Shown here: positions 26,705 to 41,270 of the stretch, in pieces
How the letters are laid out: the number at the start of each line of letters is the position of its first letter
How positions within the stretch are numbered: the first letter of the stretch is position 1
Made by a program: the position numbers and the translations under genes
Assembly (NCBI GenBank): GCA_002633005.1
Contig: NMRA01000372.1
Location: 381,875 to 445,874 of the forward strand
Direction: 5' to 3'
DNA from: Phoronis australis
Taxonomy: Eukaryota > Animalia > Phoronida
DNA length: 64,000 nucleotides
Notes under the pieces: model-generated
The model's database searches: none
What the model was told of the DNA's origin: nothing
Seen by the model: the letters and a program-made list of their open reading frames with translations, nothing else

Positions 26705-29700
26705 CTGCGTGAAACTCATTAATTTAAGATATATTTGGCAAAGCCTTTCGGACTAAACAAACTATATTCAAAACTGAAAATTAACAGGGATTGGCACTGA
26801 AAAAATGTGTATAAGTTGAAATAGAGTAAAAAAATAATAACCCACCCCCAAGAAGTATCTTTTACAATAAATCCAGGTTCTCCCTTGCATAAATGTACAT
26901 CCACGTCTAATAGTGAGCTTAGAGGAGTAGGAGACATGCTCGGTTGTCGGATCCGAGCCGAAGTTTGCCAAACGAGGGACGGAGCTGAAACCACCCTTGA
27001 TTGCAAGAGACGTGATGAGTCTTTGGCAAATGAACCCATACCTCTTCACTGCACATTTGTCTTCCAAACGTTCTTTTACTCTATGTGTGATCATTAAAAT
27101 CACCAAGTAATCTAAAAATAATAAAAGAACATGTTTTAGTATTCAGCGCTTGACGTATTGAGCTGCAGGTCACATTTGGTACCTGAAATTTCAAAATTCG
27201 AGCATCAAGTCGCAAAGTGTGACCTGGAATGTAGGTTAGGCCTACATGTATGCGAGCTGAATTGTTACAGGCAGAAACCTGGCGACTCTGGAGATTCTGG
27301 TCGTTATTTGGTTGTTGCCAAATCAACTTCAACGGAACACTAACACAGAACAATCCACTCGATGATGTATAAACATGCCGCTTGAACATAGGAGAATGCA
27401 AAAATGATCTTTGACGTGTTTCATTGGCTAATATTTTCAATCGACTTCTTTTGCAAATTTTCGCTGGGACGCGCCGTAGAAAGTGTCGGTCCACTACTTA
27501 ATGCGTGTTTCAGCGATGTTTCTGCAAATTATTAAACGACCAACTTACTAAACTTTGATGAGGAGAAACATTTATTTTTCATGTCAAGTATGATCTTGAT
27601 CATCCGTTTAGCTATACAATATCCTCACTGGTTGTGCACAAGTTTCTAAGCATACATGTACGATCGTAACTTGCAAATGCCGTCAAGTAGTCTGTTTGAA
27701 TGTGCGTCTCGTTTTTTATTGCAAAAAGCGGTAAAAGTGAAAATTACAAGCCTATTGATAGCCAAATGACGGCCAGGACTTAATTTAATTGTCTTTCGGC
27801 AGTTTAGTTTTTTAGTCGCAAAGAAATTTCCAAAGCTCTCACTTCTGGGGCTGAGGGCGCGCATATGTACGATTCATCTGTCATTCATACGTAATTTTTG
27901 CTGGCAATGTAAGTTGCGCTCCAGCGATCATGCTATCTGGACTCTTGACAGATGGAAATTCTAAACATAAGCGATGTCATTGATGTTTTGTTGCTCTGAT
28001 GCGTCATGATAGCTTCAATGACTGTGTGAGTGAAGATTGTAGATGACCTTGATTTCTTGTCCTGATGATGATGTTTGAGACATCGAAACATGTTGAAATC
28101 GAAAAATCTCGTTTTTATTAATATTGTCTCTTACTTTTCTCATTGAGACTATAAGCGTTATACCCGGTTTCGCGCCAGATATGTCGCATGTGCTTTTAAA
28201 AACGTTGAAGGTTGACTGATTTATCTTATTACGTAAAATGCTGAACATTTTCCAGTAACTGCTATTTCAGTTATTTGATAAAGTGTTATGCCTATCACAA
28301 TGTCGTGGCTCTGAAATATGAGGTGTTAAGGAGTACGGGTGGTTTCCAGCCTCTTTTCGCTAAGGTTGTCGCCGAAATATTAGTTTACCCTTGGAACATT
28401 TTGTTTTCTTATACGCAGTTATACAACATACAAAGTTACATGATCTACATTGACTCCTCTATAATTTACCAGCTGTCAACAGGGTCGGGTCCAGGATTTT
28501 GAGTTAGGAGGGCCAGGGCAGAGTAATAGCCAGGATTTTGCCCCACAGACCTTTGCACCTCCGAACTGCCAACTGGAATCTGGTAGAATTTTAGGGAGGC
28601 CATGGCCTTCTTGGACCCCCTCTAAATCCGCCACTGTACATGTAATATCGTCTGCATAGCCAATGACCAGCAAACTGTGTATACACATTTGCGTGCGCGT
28701 TGAAGTAGCTATAAAATCGCGTACGTACTCGGTAGCCTACCGTCTAGCCTCATGTCTAAGTGTCAGTCGTTCTGTAACATTCCGTGGACTGTAGAAAATT
28801 TCACGTATTAAATCTCGGACAGTTCATCGAGTTTTTTTTGGTACTTGTGGATCGGCAGGATACTTAGAGTTCGACAATATTCCAAATCCCTCTGCGCCAA
28901 TGACTGCCGACACGCAGTCCACCTTTTCGTTCATCGGCAAATTTAATGGCCCGGAACAAGACATTTAGCCATAACACATAAGTTTCAATAATGTCCGACT
29001 TCGGCCTAACTTGACTTTGCAATGTTTCCCAACTTCATTCAGCATTTTGACATTTAGGTACTTTCATCCCCAGTCTCGTCGCCAATATAATGTTTATAAA
29101 TCCAGGTTCGATGTACAACACAATCGCAGACGCCGCTCTATCCCACAAAGCATCAAATTGGAAGTGAATTGGAACGCTATGGAAACATTTACACTCTTAC
29201 ACAGTGCTACGAGAGGAGGCACTGTCGTATGTGGTTTAACGTGGCTTGATCGGTTAAAGTAATGAAACCGACGTCATACCATTCAGTCATTCCCGTTGGA
29301 TGAAATCTGGGAAACGGCAATTAACTGTTACGTAGTATGGCGACCGCCTTTAACCACAGGCATCCTCAGCTTCCGATCGTCCCCAATACATATATAATAC
29401 TACAAGGTAGGCCTATGACACTCGGGACAAGAAATTTCACGGGTGCTTCACTTCAGCCGTCCATATTAAACACAAAACTCAGGAATTCACACAAAACGGG
29501 ATTTCAACAAACCATTAGTAATTGCTCTTTCTTCTATTACCATTCACGGTGTTCTACTCCAGCGAGGTCGCAAAAATTGCGGTCAAACACAAAAATGTTC
29601 CCCAAAACCCGGCGACGCATCAGTCCTCCTTTGACGGTTCGAGGTCAAGGGCGGTACGGAATGATCCGATGAGTTACGGATGGACGGCAATTGCCGGTTC

Positions 29701-32700
29701 ATCACGGAAGGTTAAGGAATGGTGTGGAGTTATCTATGTCGTGAAGCACCGAGACAAGACTGCTCCGATCTATTCAGGCTGGCTTATGAACTAGGCCATA
29801 GAAACTCCCGTCGACTGCAATCGGACAAAGACTGGGTCTCCCAACAACTACATGTACAAGGGCCCAGATTGGTCCCCTCGTCACATAAATTCTATAATTA
29901 CACTTTTGCTGGAAATCTAGCTTTTCAATTATTAACTTTCTAAATCTTGAGAAGTTGATACACTTAAACTTGTCTAAACAAACTGAAAAATCATTAAAAT
30001 GGATTTCACCACAGCTGCCAGAGCGTGTTTGTGAACTCAGCCGTCCAAAATTGTCTTCGGTCATCGCCTATATGCGAGACAATGCGTATTTTCCGTGAGA
30101 TTTCTCCCTTCAAATGTCCCGTGTATAGGCGCGTGCGCCTAAATTCCGCAATTAGGCGCAGTTCCTCAATTAGGCGCATCCACTTAACTGACGTGGTTAT
30201 ACGACAGAACGCCTGACGGCGTCTTCATTCGACACATTGCGTTATTTCGAATATAGACGGTTTAACAGAAGTGATGCGCTTTTGAAGGAAAGATTTATAT
30301 AAACGCAGATGTCAGCAAATTATCCTTCCTATTGACTTTTTCTCATGAATCTGATTGAGTCATATTAACTCTGTTTTTAACATTCATTAATAATCCGCAC
30401 AAACACAAACACAAACACATTATTTAGAATAAGTCAAACAAATTATTCATATAAATGTTTCATAGCTACATTCATTTATCAAACATTCACACCGCACGGA
30501 TTGCTTAAAGTGACATTTTATTCATACGAATTATAATGAAATAAAAGAGCATATTCCCAGCTGTCCATAAATCGATCCATTTGACTGTTAAGATAGTTTT
30601 TTAAACTGCAGTAGTAACTCTGGAAGTCAAAAGAATTAGAATCCAAGAAGAATCCGACTCTTGGTTGAAAGATGTTTTCCCCTCACCTCAAAATATCAGT
30701 ATCAACTAAAAATTCGGTAGTTCCAGTCTGCTTTACGCCTCGTCTCGCGAAGTTCTTATTTGGCAGTACTAACTGGACAGGAAATCAATTCACATATCCC
30801 TAATTAATCCCGTCTTATAGTAATCTACCCTAAAGAATGTATTATTAATTAAATTACTCGTCAATTTACAAAGGATAAGCAACATTTTATTGTTTTCAAA
30901 GGACAGATTGCACGAACAAGAGTAGTGAACACAGCGCAGCGGCAGGAACATCAGCATTCCAGTAGTACTGGAATGATATAGCACTCGCGCACGCGCACGT
31001 GCACGTTCTTGCCAAAGGAACATTTTCAGGTAAGTGTTTGAAGAAGTTCTCGTAACTTGTAAAACTGTTCAGGTACATTTATGCGCGAGCGCTAAAGGTC
31101 GTTCTAACTGAAAACCGAAATTTGAGCGGGATGTTTTAGATAATGGGTCCTCATTAGCTACAAAAAACTTCAAGCATTTCCTGTTTCACATCAGTCAATG
31201 CGGCAGTACGGCCTCCTTAGCTCGAATGGTCGTTATAAGATCGCAGGTGGATTGAAGTGCAGGAAAGTAGAAGCCAGGACTATAAACGCCGAAATGAAAT
31301 TCAATATTCAAATTTTTGAAAACTTAAATAGCACAGCGTAGACACACGCGATTTTTCCAAAACTTGCATACGTTGACCACTCATGTTGAGCGCCTTGGCA
31401 CGTGACAACCAAACTTTACATGAGATTCGACTCGAAAGTCCATTAAACGCATCTCATAAAACTGGAGAAAGTGCTGTTCAACCGCGACACGCTCTTACTA
31501 GTCAATTTTGGAGTGTATTGTCGCGGACCCTTGTAATAGTTACAACGATTAGGATTTGAAGTCAGATTATTACAAGTTGAGCTGCTGAGACGATGCCCCG
31601 GGGATCGCCTACCCCCAGTTACCACAATTTTGGTGCACGCCTGTGGGCTCCTTGTCAATATAAGTGAACCCCCTGGACGATCCCTGGTGCCAAGCACCAC
31701 GCCGCACGTTCTTACTGAAATTTGCTATTCCGCATTGTTACCTCCATTATTAAAAGTGAACTTTCTGGTTCACTTGACGATAAAATTACGAAATGCAAAC
31801 GCAAACCAGGTTTAATCAAAACTGTTCCAAAAAATACCTTGTTTTCAACATGACATTTAATCTAATAAAACACACTTAAGTTTTTATTGTTAGAAGTTTA
31901 ATTGACAACCGTGTAGTTTAGTTTTCAAACTTATTTAAAATCATCCTATGAACCGCTACGCATATACAAGGCTGCAAATTACGAACTGGCCCTATATTTT
32001 ATGAATATATTTAGACAGCTGAAATTCAAACTCTCTTTTCCCTCGCATGACCGACCTTAAGATAAAGGCGAGACTCAATGATTTGTACTCAATCATGGAA
32101 CGAAAAAACGACTCTAAATTTTTGCAATATTTCTAAGTTTGGCCCTTCAGTGGAAATAAAAAAAATGATAAAATAGTTTACCGATCTACATTTCAGAGCA
32201 TATGAATGAGGGGAACTGAAGAATTATCAGACGTATATTTTAATATTGTCTATTCACTCGATATGTGAGCATTTGACTCGAACGCTTTAGCACACATGAA
32301 AGTCAACTTCAGTCATTGTGGAACTTGTATACTTTAGCTGCTTTCTTTTAACCAAAGACAAACACGTGTGTGTTTGATTTTTTAGCGCCATCGGGTCCCA
32401 GAGCAACGGATATTTGAATCATTGGAGACCGTTGGAAAGATTTGCCCGAGAATCGACAAACCCGACTGACATCCTTTACAGCAAGTGGAATCTTACACCT
32501 TATGAAACAATATTTTCATTTTTTTCTCCTTTGCTGGAGAGCCAATGGTATTATTTGTACAGCGTACAAAACTCGGTTAACTAAACGAGTGCGTGTGACG
32601 TAAAGGGAGGCTCTATTGAATCACGGGACACCGTAAATACATTAATGGAACAATGCATATTTAACTACACGCTCTTGATGTTTAGAGAAAATTTCACGAG

Positions 32701-32725
32701 CTGCTTACGATAATAAATACATACA

Positions 32726-33883
32726 ATGCCTTTCACCCTTCCCCATTCAATTCAACCAGCAAGTGCATTGTCCAGTGAGTTGGGAACCCCAGGTCCCTTT
32801 CAATACAACGTTGGTTACAATCATATACAAGAAGGTCTATCGTCCCCCGTCTTCGTCACAACATTAGACCTTTGGGATAAGCGTCCCGAGCACGTCGCCG
32901 ACAAACTCAGCTATGACATTGTGCCCGCGCACAGCGGCACGTCGCGCGCGCTCGCACAGGCTCGTCGACAAAACCACGTGGAACAGCGAAAACTGATGCG
33001 AAAAATCGATGGCATGAACGTTGTCAAGCGACATAGTACGTCTCGTATTGAAGACATACAACGGGATGTGATGGGTGACTTTTTAGCTTCAAACCCTCAT
33101 ATGAAACGACACGTTAACCTGGATACTATCTTTCGTCACAAGGATTCGGCAGGAATCCGGCGCCTTGGATTACCACGAGGCTTTTTTGAACGTGCCAAAG
33201 TTCCCATTGGAAAATCGGAATTGAATCAAAACTCGCATGATAAATATGCTGCCAAATCGAGTTGGAGTGGGGGAAATCGTTTATTTGGTGATATCCCAAC
33301 CGAAAAAATAGAGTTAAACGGATTCCGGTGTTTCGAACCACGGGATGTGAGGCAAAAAGATAATCTACCGAGTGCTGGCACTACGTCTCGAAGACATTCT
33401 GCGGTTATACACCGATCGCGCCCGAAAATCACAACATTTTTCGACACCAAAAAGGATGGAGATGACGAGAATGAAGACAATTTTAAACCTGGACAGGATC
33501 TTTCGCCACCGTTCAGGAAACCGAAAAAGTCCATTTTCGATCGGCATAGGAATAAAGCAAAATCCGCCCCAGTCCGGACTAGCGTTAACAGGAGTATCAA
33601 ACCAGCAAACGACGCAATTTTGGATGAGATTGTGCAATTAAACTCACGTGGGGGTACTCAGCCCAGCGCACTGTCACCGCAGGGATCTCTAACGCCGGTG
33701 ACAGCCGGGTATCTTACACCAGGGTTGACCCACAGGGCCTTGTCGAGCAGTGGGACAACAACAAGCAAAGACCTAAACGGATCGGAATACCCTACTCCAT
33801 CGAGAACTTTAGCTCTGTATACTGATAAAAGGGGTTCGCCGAGGAACTGGAAACCATCTACATCGTCAACTGTGTCAACGTGA
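32726..33883 (+). CDS. Intronless uncharacterised 385-aa protein, basic, with S/T/P-rich C-terminus
   Basis: 1158-nt ORF with higher GC than its flanks, acaATG start, AATAAA at 33896-33901 just after the stop; no domain recognised. Confidence 0.72.
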   Translation: MPFTLPHSIQPASALSSELGTPGPFQYNVGYNHIQEGLSSPVFVTTLDLWDKRPEHVADKLSYDIVPAHSGTSRALAQARRQNHVEQRKLMRKIDGMNVVKRHSTSRIEDIQRDVMGDFLASNPHMKRHVNLDTIFRHKDSAGIRRLGLPRGFFERAKVPIGKSELNQNSHDKYAAKSSWSGGNRLFGDIPTEKIELNGFRCFEPRDVRQKDNLPSAGTTSRRHSAVIHRSRPKITTFFDTKKDGDDENEDNFKPGQDLSPPFRKPKKSIFDRHRNKAKSAPVRTSVNRSIKPANDAILDEIVQLNSRGGTQPSALSPQGSLTPVTAGYLTPGLTHRALSSSGTTTSKDLNGSEYPTPSRTLALYTDKRGSPRNWKPSTSSTVST

Positions 33884-36829
33884 CTGTATCATGTTAATAA
33901 AACTATGCTAGCAATTTACATGTAATATGAGTTTAGAGCGACTGTTTGAGAATGACCTATAGTTCTTTCTTTATAGCCTATAAATTATGAAAGACCAGTC
34001 GGATGTCCGATATTTTGCTAGCGTGATTTATGTGTGTAAACAGGTATTTGGAACAATGGTCGTTTTACGTGCCATAAATATAATTCTTTTGGGTTTGAAT
34101 TTACTATTGAGGATAACAGTGTTACGCAACTGCTTGTTTAACATGTAAGTAACAGTGGCGGATTTAGACGGGGGCCAAGGGGGCCATGCCCCCCCCTAAA
34201 ATTCTCCCAGATTCCATTTGGCAGTTCGGGGGTGCGAACGTCCTGGCTAATACTCTGCCCTGCCCCCCAACTCAAAATTCTGAATCCGACCTAGAGTAAG
34301 GTTACATTATTTAGGTTCATGAATCCGAATGCAGGTGTTTGTCTTGGTATCGTCTATAGTGCAGATTCACAGTGGACTACTGTACCTCTCCAGGTGGAAC
34401 GAAAATTCGTGACCACTGATATGCCGGTTAGGCCGCGACTTTTACAATTACAAAATCATTCAAAAAGTGTGGTGAAATGTGAACAATGTGAGCTTTTATC
34501 AAAGTTGTCGGCTTCATTTTGGTATATTACACGAATAGTATTTTTACTGATATGAAAACTGCAGTTTCTTTGGAAAATATACAGTAATCATATGTGAAAC
34601 TCAGGGTCGGCGAGCATGATGAACATTGCAGAAGACGTGGTCATAGCGATACATGGATGTCATTTGTTCAGGGGTCATTCTCTCGGATTTCGAAACGCGT
34701 TAACTTGAGCATGAATTAACCAATACTTGTCACCTGTGGATTTATTATGATTTATTGACTTCCTGGAGTCTGACAAAAACTTCAACTGGGGCTGAAATGG
34801 ACACATTTATTTTACATTGAATATCTTTCGATATTGTGGCATGTCAAAAGGAGTTTTAATCATTCAGTGACTCGAAATTTTCGCTTACCGCCAGCGGTGG
34901 TATTTATTCGCAATAATTGCATTAGCCAAACAATAGAAAAGATTAAAAGCTGCGTGCCCAATATTAATGGAATCTTTGCCCCTAGTCAGGCGGCGTGGTG
35001 GCGGTTGCCTAGTTGCATCAATCGAAGCAAATTTTCTGGCCTGGTTATACTCCTTCAAAAACTGCAGTGCATGGAGCCAGCAATGTCCAAAGAGTGCTTA
35101 CGTTTCTCAGTTGGTCTTATGGGTCAGTATTTTCCTGGAAAAGGTGTCGTTCACATACAGCTTGTCGCTCCAATCGCGCATCACGCGGCGAAAAACAGAA
35201 ACAATGAGAGACGTTTTCACCTGAGGATTTACACCTGCGACGTTTAGTAATTTTTGATTCAGACTTAATTGACACAACACCGTTCTCCCTATACGTATTA
35301 AAATATGGCGCCGAATCATAACTGAAAAATTCAGGACCATGTTTAAAATCTTAACCCATGTTTGAAAAGCTCCCTTGGGATATATTTGGAAATCCAGAAC
35401 CACGTTTGAAATGTTTCGGGCCGTGTTTGGAAAGGCTGACTTTCTCTGCTTTACCAGCAAAATGGTTGAAATAATGTTGTAGTTTGGAGCTTATTATTTA
35501 TTTCTTTGTCTGTAAAAATTATTGTGACACGCTCACCGATTGAAAATCGTGTCTCTAGTACCCATACATGTAGTATAGTTGTTTCTGTGAACATGAACAG
35601 AAATGAAGCATTGGACGGGAAAGCACGACACGTATAGCGCAAAGTTTTTGTTTTGGTTTAGTCCAGGCAATGAGATCATTGTTGAGGGAAACCCTCAAGT
35701 GTAAACTTTCGACCATTCGGTTTGAGTAGCCTTCGTCTCATAACCTATGCTTTTATTATAAGATTTGACAATGACCGGTCTTCAACCTAAACGCAAGGCT
35801 GCTAAATGTGAAATATACTGGGACGTTGATCGCTGTTTTGGCATTGTAAATGTTTATATGTATCATCTAACAAATGCGATGAATAACGACTACATTCGCA
35901 TTCAGTGATATGTTTAAATCAAAATTTCTCACGTAATACATCCGCTATGGTATCACGACCATGTGTACAATTGTATATGCATAGGTCTGTGACATGGGAA
36001 CTGAGTTGAGTGTCGCAACGAAAAGTCTGATACATAAGCCTTCCTGTCAGTCGTATCTGACGTTTTCCTTTCGACGATACTCGAAGGTTAATTCTAAGAT
36101 CGAGGTATCTTTAAAGAACGCAGAACAGAGATATAGCAAACCTGTGCAGCACTAATTGTCAAAATTCACTTGAACAAACTTTATTTCGGATAAAATTTTC
36201 AACTAGGTGATTTCCTTGCGTTATGCTGAATTCAAACGTATTACTAAAAGTAAAATGCATCGTACGTATCTACTCGCGTGACTAATGCCTGATCTTGCTG
36301 CAGGCTAAGGACGCCTCACTGAAAGTCTCTGCCGATAGCTAGCATACAGTCCTAACAATAATTCGCAGCATCATAATGACAGATTATCTGCAATCCTTTA
36401 GTCAATAAATCGGGATCATTGCAAAAATTCAATTCCCGTTCCTAATCCCTTTTGATGGCCTTTCACTATGAAGTACCCAGGATCCCCATCAAGGAAGCGG
36501 CGTCCTTGAAATCAATACACGAGACGTAAACAGCATGACGTTTGGAACGTTGATTACCACAGACGATATTACTTCTCATCGGTCCGACCGATAAAATCTT
36601 TGGGGTGGGTTCATATGTCTGCGTAGTTATCCACTCTGGCTGTCATTTCGTCGCCACTGTTGCTTGTGGGTACTCTACAGGTCTGTGCGCTTAAACCTCG
36701 TTATACGTTAACAACACAGCGTCGTGTTTGCCGCGTATAACCAACCATGTTTCTACATGTCCTATCCATGCTTATAGTAGCAAGTTTTGGCAGTGTCGAG
36801 TGGTTCTGTGGAGTATGATAACTGTCGGG

Positions 36830-37097
36830 GGCGCATAGAGGCCCCGGGGACACTCATATTGACAAGGTGCCCTCAGGCGTACACCAAAAATTGCGGGTAG
36901 GTGGTACATTTGCAGCGAAATTTGCGGACCCGCGCGGGGTCCAATAGGCCCCTAAATTTCGCCCCGAAAAGGCACAAAAATCTACCCCGCAAAAGGGGTG
37001 GGAATTAGCACACCTTCACCCGCAATAAGAATCTCTCTTCAATTTTGGTGCACGTCTGCAGACACCTTTGTCAATGTAATTAAGTGAGCCCCCCCCA
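36830..37097. repeat. Dispersed GC-rich repeat family; related copies at ~9248-9360 and ~38765-39050
   Basis: Shared motifs tgctaattcccacccc and ggcgtacaccaaaaa. Confidence 0.55.
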
Positions 37098-37801
37098 GAT
37101 AGAGATTGAGGCGTGACTCGTAAAGTTCCACAATAGAGTTCATAACAAACTGAATAGAACGTGTTGCATGCATGTGTTAAACTATCCTTACGGGCAACAT
37201 TCGACTATGTAAGATATTTTTATTCAGAATATAGCCTGTTCAGTTATGTCACTAGTCTCCCACAGGGTCCTGACCAGAAAAACTTAAAAATCTAGTCAAC
37301 AAGAAGAAGAGCTAATAATTGTGTACAATTAAAACGTTAAAGATGTATTCGCATGCTAATGTATAGCAGGAATTAAAGGACTATGCTGTTTGATGAACAC
37401 CTACGCTAAACAAAGTGCAGTTGTGTTCACTGACAACTTGTAAATGTGAAAATAAAAATTCTGCAAATAAGTGATCTTCGCACTGACGTACCTTGGGGAC
37501 TCACATAGACCGCATCATGCAGTGTTATTCCTCAACACCACGTCACGATACTTACTGGACACGATTCAGTGATTTGCAGCGGATCATTTCGCTACGAAAC
37601 TCCTCCTTAAAAGCATTTGGCAATTTTCAACCTACTAGATTCCTATTCACGTCGTCGCTACATGCCTGTGTTTCTAACTAATTTGACCAAGCAGTCACAA
37701 CGATAGGGACTTAGCGTGCAAGTTCCACTTTAAATAAGAAATGTGACACAACTGAGTGAAAGACTGCGCAATAAAATGGTTGAGTATTACCCAGGTAACT
37801 A

Positions 37802-38148
37802 GGGTCCGTTTTATGAAAAGTGACCTAAGAGTCAAGACAGAAATTTGGTCTACACAACCATTTCTGAAACATAATTTCAGTCTTTGACAATATACGCATA
37901 ACTGTTAGTTACTGAGGTAATTTCTATAAATTATTTCTAGGCCCAGGTGCTCTCATTATTACTTGCAATTGGCTAAACCTGCCTCCCGTTCAGTAACGCT
38001 AGGACCTCGCTAAAGAGCAAGACTTCGCGAGATTACGTGAGATATTGCCGTGCATTTTAAATAAGAACACGTGACAAATTGTAAAGTGGGAGCGCAAGAC
38101 ACAAGTTCTGTCTTAGTCTTTTAAGGTCACTTTCATAAAACGGACCCC
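37802..38148. mobile_element. PIF/Harbinger-like MITE
   Basis: ~40-bp TIR gggtccgttttatgaaaagtgacctaa / ttaaggtcactttcataaaacggaccc, with TA(G) flanks; internal 37977-38072 recurs at 49555-49650. Confidence 0.65.
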
Positions 38149-41100
38149 TAGGCATAGAAGTATGATAGATAGACTTCGACGGACGTCAGTATCGAGATTG
38201 TTCCATAGAGGCAAGAAAAAAGATTGTTTACAACGATTTGTTTTTGTTTTATGAATATTGATATTACCACTATCGGTAGACCTAGTATTTCTGTTGTGAA
38301 GCTGGTTTACTACTTAATTTTGTAACAAAGATTACTCAGGTGTATGTCCCATGGAGACAATTGAACATACATCAGTGGGCGGCGCACCGTGGGGTAGGGG
38401 GCTGGGTGGGCTGTAGCCCCCACACTTATTTCAGTGCTGCACCGCCCATGAAAGCACAAAGTGGTAATCTTTACACACATTGAGTTTGAGCCAGCCCAAG
38501 GAGGTGTGCATAGAGTCAACACTTGTAAAGTAGTACGTGCAACCGACTTTAGCAATTTTTGTAAACTGGATCTGAGGCCACCATTACAATAGACCCATAA
38601 ACATGACAATATTCTAAACTAAGGCGGTGTACAAAAGATTTAAGAGAGTCACAAAAACGTATTTAAGAAGACATGTATATAGTTGTGCACTACTCGAACA
38701 CAACCAAATAGCATGATTTGATGAACACAGTGAAAACCATACCTAGGTAATTGGAACCCAAAGTGGGTCACTCATATTGAAAAGCTGGCCACAGGCGTAT
38801 ACCAAAAATGCTGAGAGACTCCCAAATACGGGTGCCAGGTCTGCTAATTCCCACCCCCAACCCTCCCCTTTGCTAGGGGTAGGAATGAGTCAGGCAGTGC
38901 GCCTTTTGAGGAGCCGAGACCAATACATTGGGCCTTTTGCGGGGATGAAATGGAAAATTAGGGGTCTAATCGACTCCGCGCGGGTTCCGCTAAACTTGCT
39001 AAAAAGTACCGCCTACTAACAATTTTTGGTACACTCCTGCGGGCATGAGTTGGAAGTCCCTGACGTGACAGTTATTTGCATTGGTAACAAATTTTGTCTT
39101 ACTACTTGGTTTTTGAAAAGATGCTGTGAACTTACGATATTAAATTAATGCATCTGTATGCTATTTCATGGTTGAGTTAGTTTCGCACTTAATGGTTACT
39201 TGAAAATAATGAGAAACATGAGATGTATATTACTTTTTGGAATGCTATATCACGACAACTTTCAGTAAATAGATTAGTTTGTACAGTGTCCATTGCTATT
39301 GGGTATTAAATCATACAAAACCTTTCAAGTGCAGAGTGATACGATTGCAACATAGTAAGTAGAATAACTTGCACTCACTGACACGCTTATTGGTATACTG
39401 TTTACTCTCTCATTCACAAATAGATTTTCAAACAGTTGTTAAAAGGTAACATATTTATCATTGAGTGAATCGCCGCCGAACAATGCTCTGTTGCTAAGCA
39501 ACGGGTTAGGTAGCGGGCAGTTTTTTATGTAGTAACTTTTGTCTTGATATCAGCGAAAGTCTGGTAGACAATGGTAAGAATTGGCGCTTTTCACAAAACA
39601 AAAGATTTTGTTGTTTCATAGCTCCGGTCAAAGTTAATAAGCACTTCAACGAGTCAATCCCATCCACAAACAATACCAAAAACGCGTTTTACGGCCGTAA
39701 AACCGATAACTTCTCGTTAACACACGAGTTCCTATCCATGTCCAAAAGTAGCACGAAACCAGGTAAGTGCTGATCTGACTCTATCAAATGACAAATCAAT
39801 TATAATCAGGTGAAAACGATTCAACGTTCTTGCAATACCATCAAAAATCCTTACCAGAAATCGTTTTAGCGAATGTTGTGTTTTGTGAAAAAGCTGAAAT
39901 TTTGTGGCGCATTGGCAGGATTTATGACTGCCAGGGAGCGGTATCTGATACGCAAGGTTTCGGATATTGGATTTAAGGGTCCGGATAGCTTGTCTATGGT
40001 CGCTCACGACTGTTCACCGGAACAAGTATTTAATTTACTTATATTTGCATTTGGACTCCCAGTTAACTCATAGTAAAAATTACCTTTGTGTCACTGGTGC
40101 ATTTTAGGCCGGGGTTCCTTTCAGTCATGACCCAAACTGAGTCGGGATTCTTGCAATGGTAGCCTTTTAATTGTTGTGCAAAATCGGAGGAATTGCACTA
40201 AATTAACGAAATTTAAGTTAAATGTTGGTGTCAAAGGCATTCCGCAAACGTGTGTAGTGGCAACATACTGAACTCTGGTTTGACGCAGCGCCATCACCCG
40301 GATTAAGTTTCCAAAAGCACCATATCTATACAAAGAGGCCTAGTGGCAGTCCAATGGAAACCGAAGTATCCTACAGGAGCGCACTGAATGGGAATTGTCG
40401 ACTACGGGGGGAGTCTGAAATTAGTAACCTGGAAGCACTTTGAAAGTAGCAGGGGAGCCAAAGTTAACAATGAAATGAGTTTCGACCGAGGAAACTTGAA
40501 TACTCAAGGGTATGTGATACATTGTGACCCTGCGGCTTTGAGAAAGGTACAAACTCCAAAGTGCTATAATTCGCAACACAGTTACAGAGAACAAACGTAC
40601 CAAATGCTGGGGAGTAGACGGCTATAATTTGGACGGGTGTAGGGCTGCGAAGTTAGAAAATACATCCTTAGAGGGTAGCTAAAGTGACTGAGCTTCGCAT
40701 TTTTGTGAGAGTAAGAACGATTAAAAGTGACACACTTTAGTATTGGGAGCTTCTACGAAAACCTCTCCCCGGCGTTCCCATGTAGTTCTCAATATTAGCT
40801 TTGTAGATGTTTGAATACAACAATTATTTGCTGAATAGAAAACCCGTTGAGTTTTATTCTTCGGAACAAACAATAAAATGATCTGAAAGCTCTCCAGAAA
40901 ATTCCGTTTGCAAGAATGGAACTTTCGTAGATTTCCAGTCTATGTGTAAAAGAACCAAACCTCTTCGTAGGCAATTCGGAAACGGGCACCCTATAGGAGA
41001 AGTAGAAGTCATGTATCTGAGCGGCACGTCCTCGCGTAAATCTACAACAAATGCCTGACATGTGCAAAGAAACCCGGGTAGGCCAACGTCAAATTTTTTA

Positions 41101-41270
41101 TGTGATGTTGAAAGTTTACAAGCGACATAATTTTCTGTTGCGACACAATTTTTCGTATCCGATACACACTATTGGTTTCTGCAACAAAGACTTGTTTACG
41201 CCCTTGGCCTGTTTTATTTCCGCGTGTTGTGAAATACACACGCTTCGGTGAACATTGAGGACACAGATTA

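Noticed and set aside
28640-28690. YADD reverse-transcriptase-like motif (LLVIGYADDIT) on the minus strand
   Set aside because: No other RT motifs nearby and the ORF runs into a MITE; probably chance.
28860-29900. Protein-like fragments; checked as possible missing exons of GRDP copy C
   Set aside because: No convincing alignment to B exons and many stops; may be a decayed TE.
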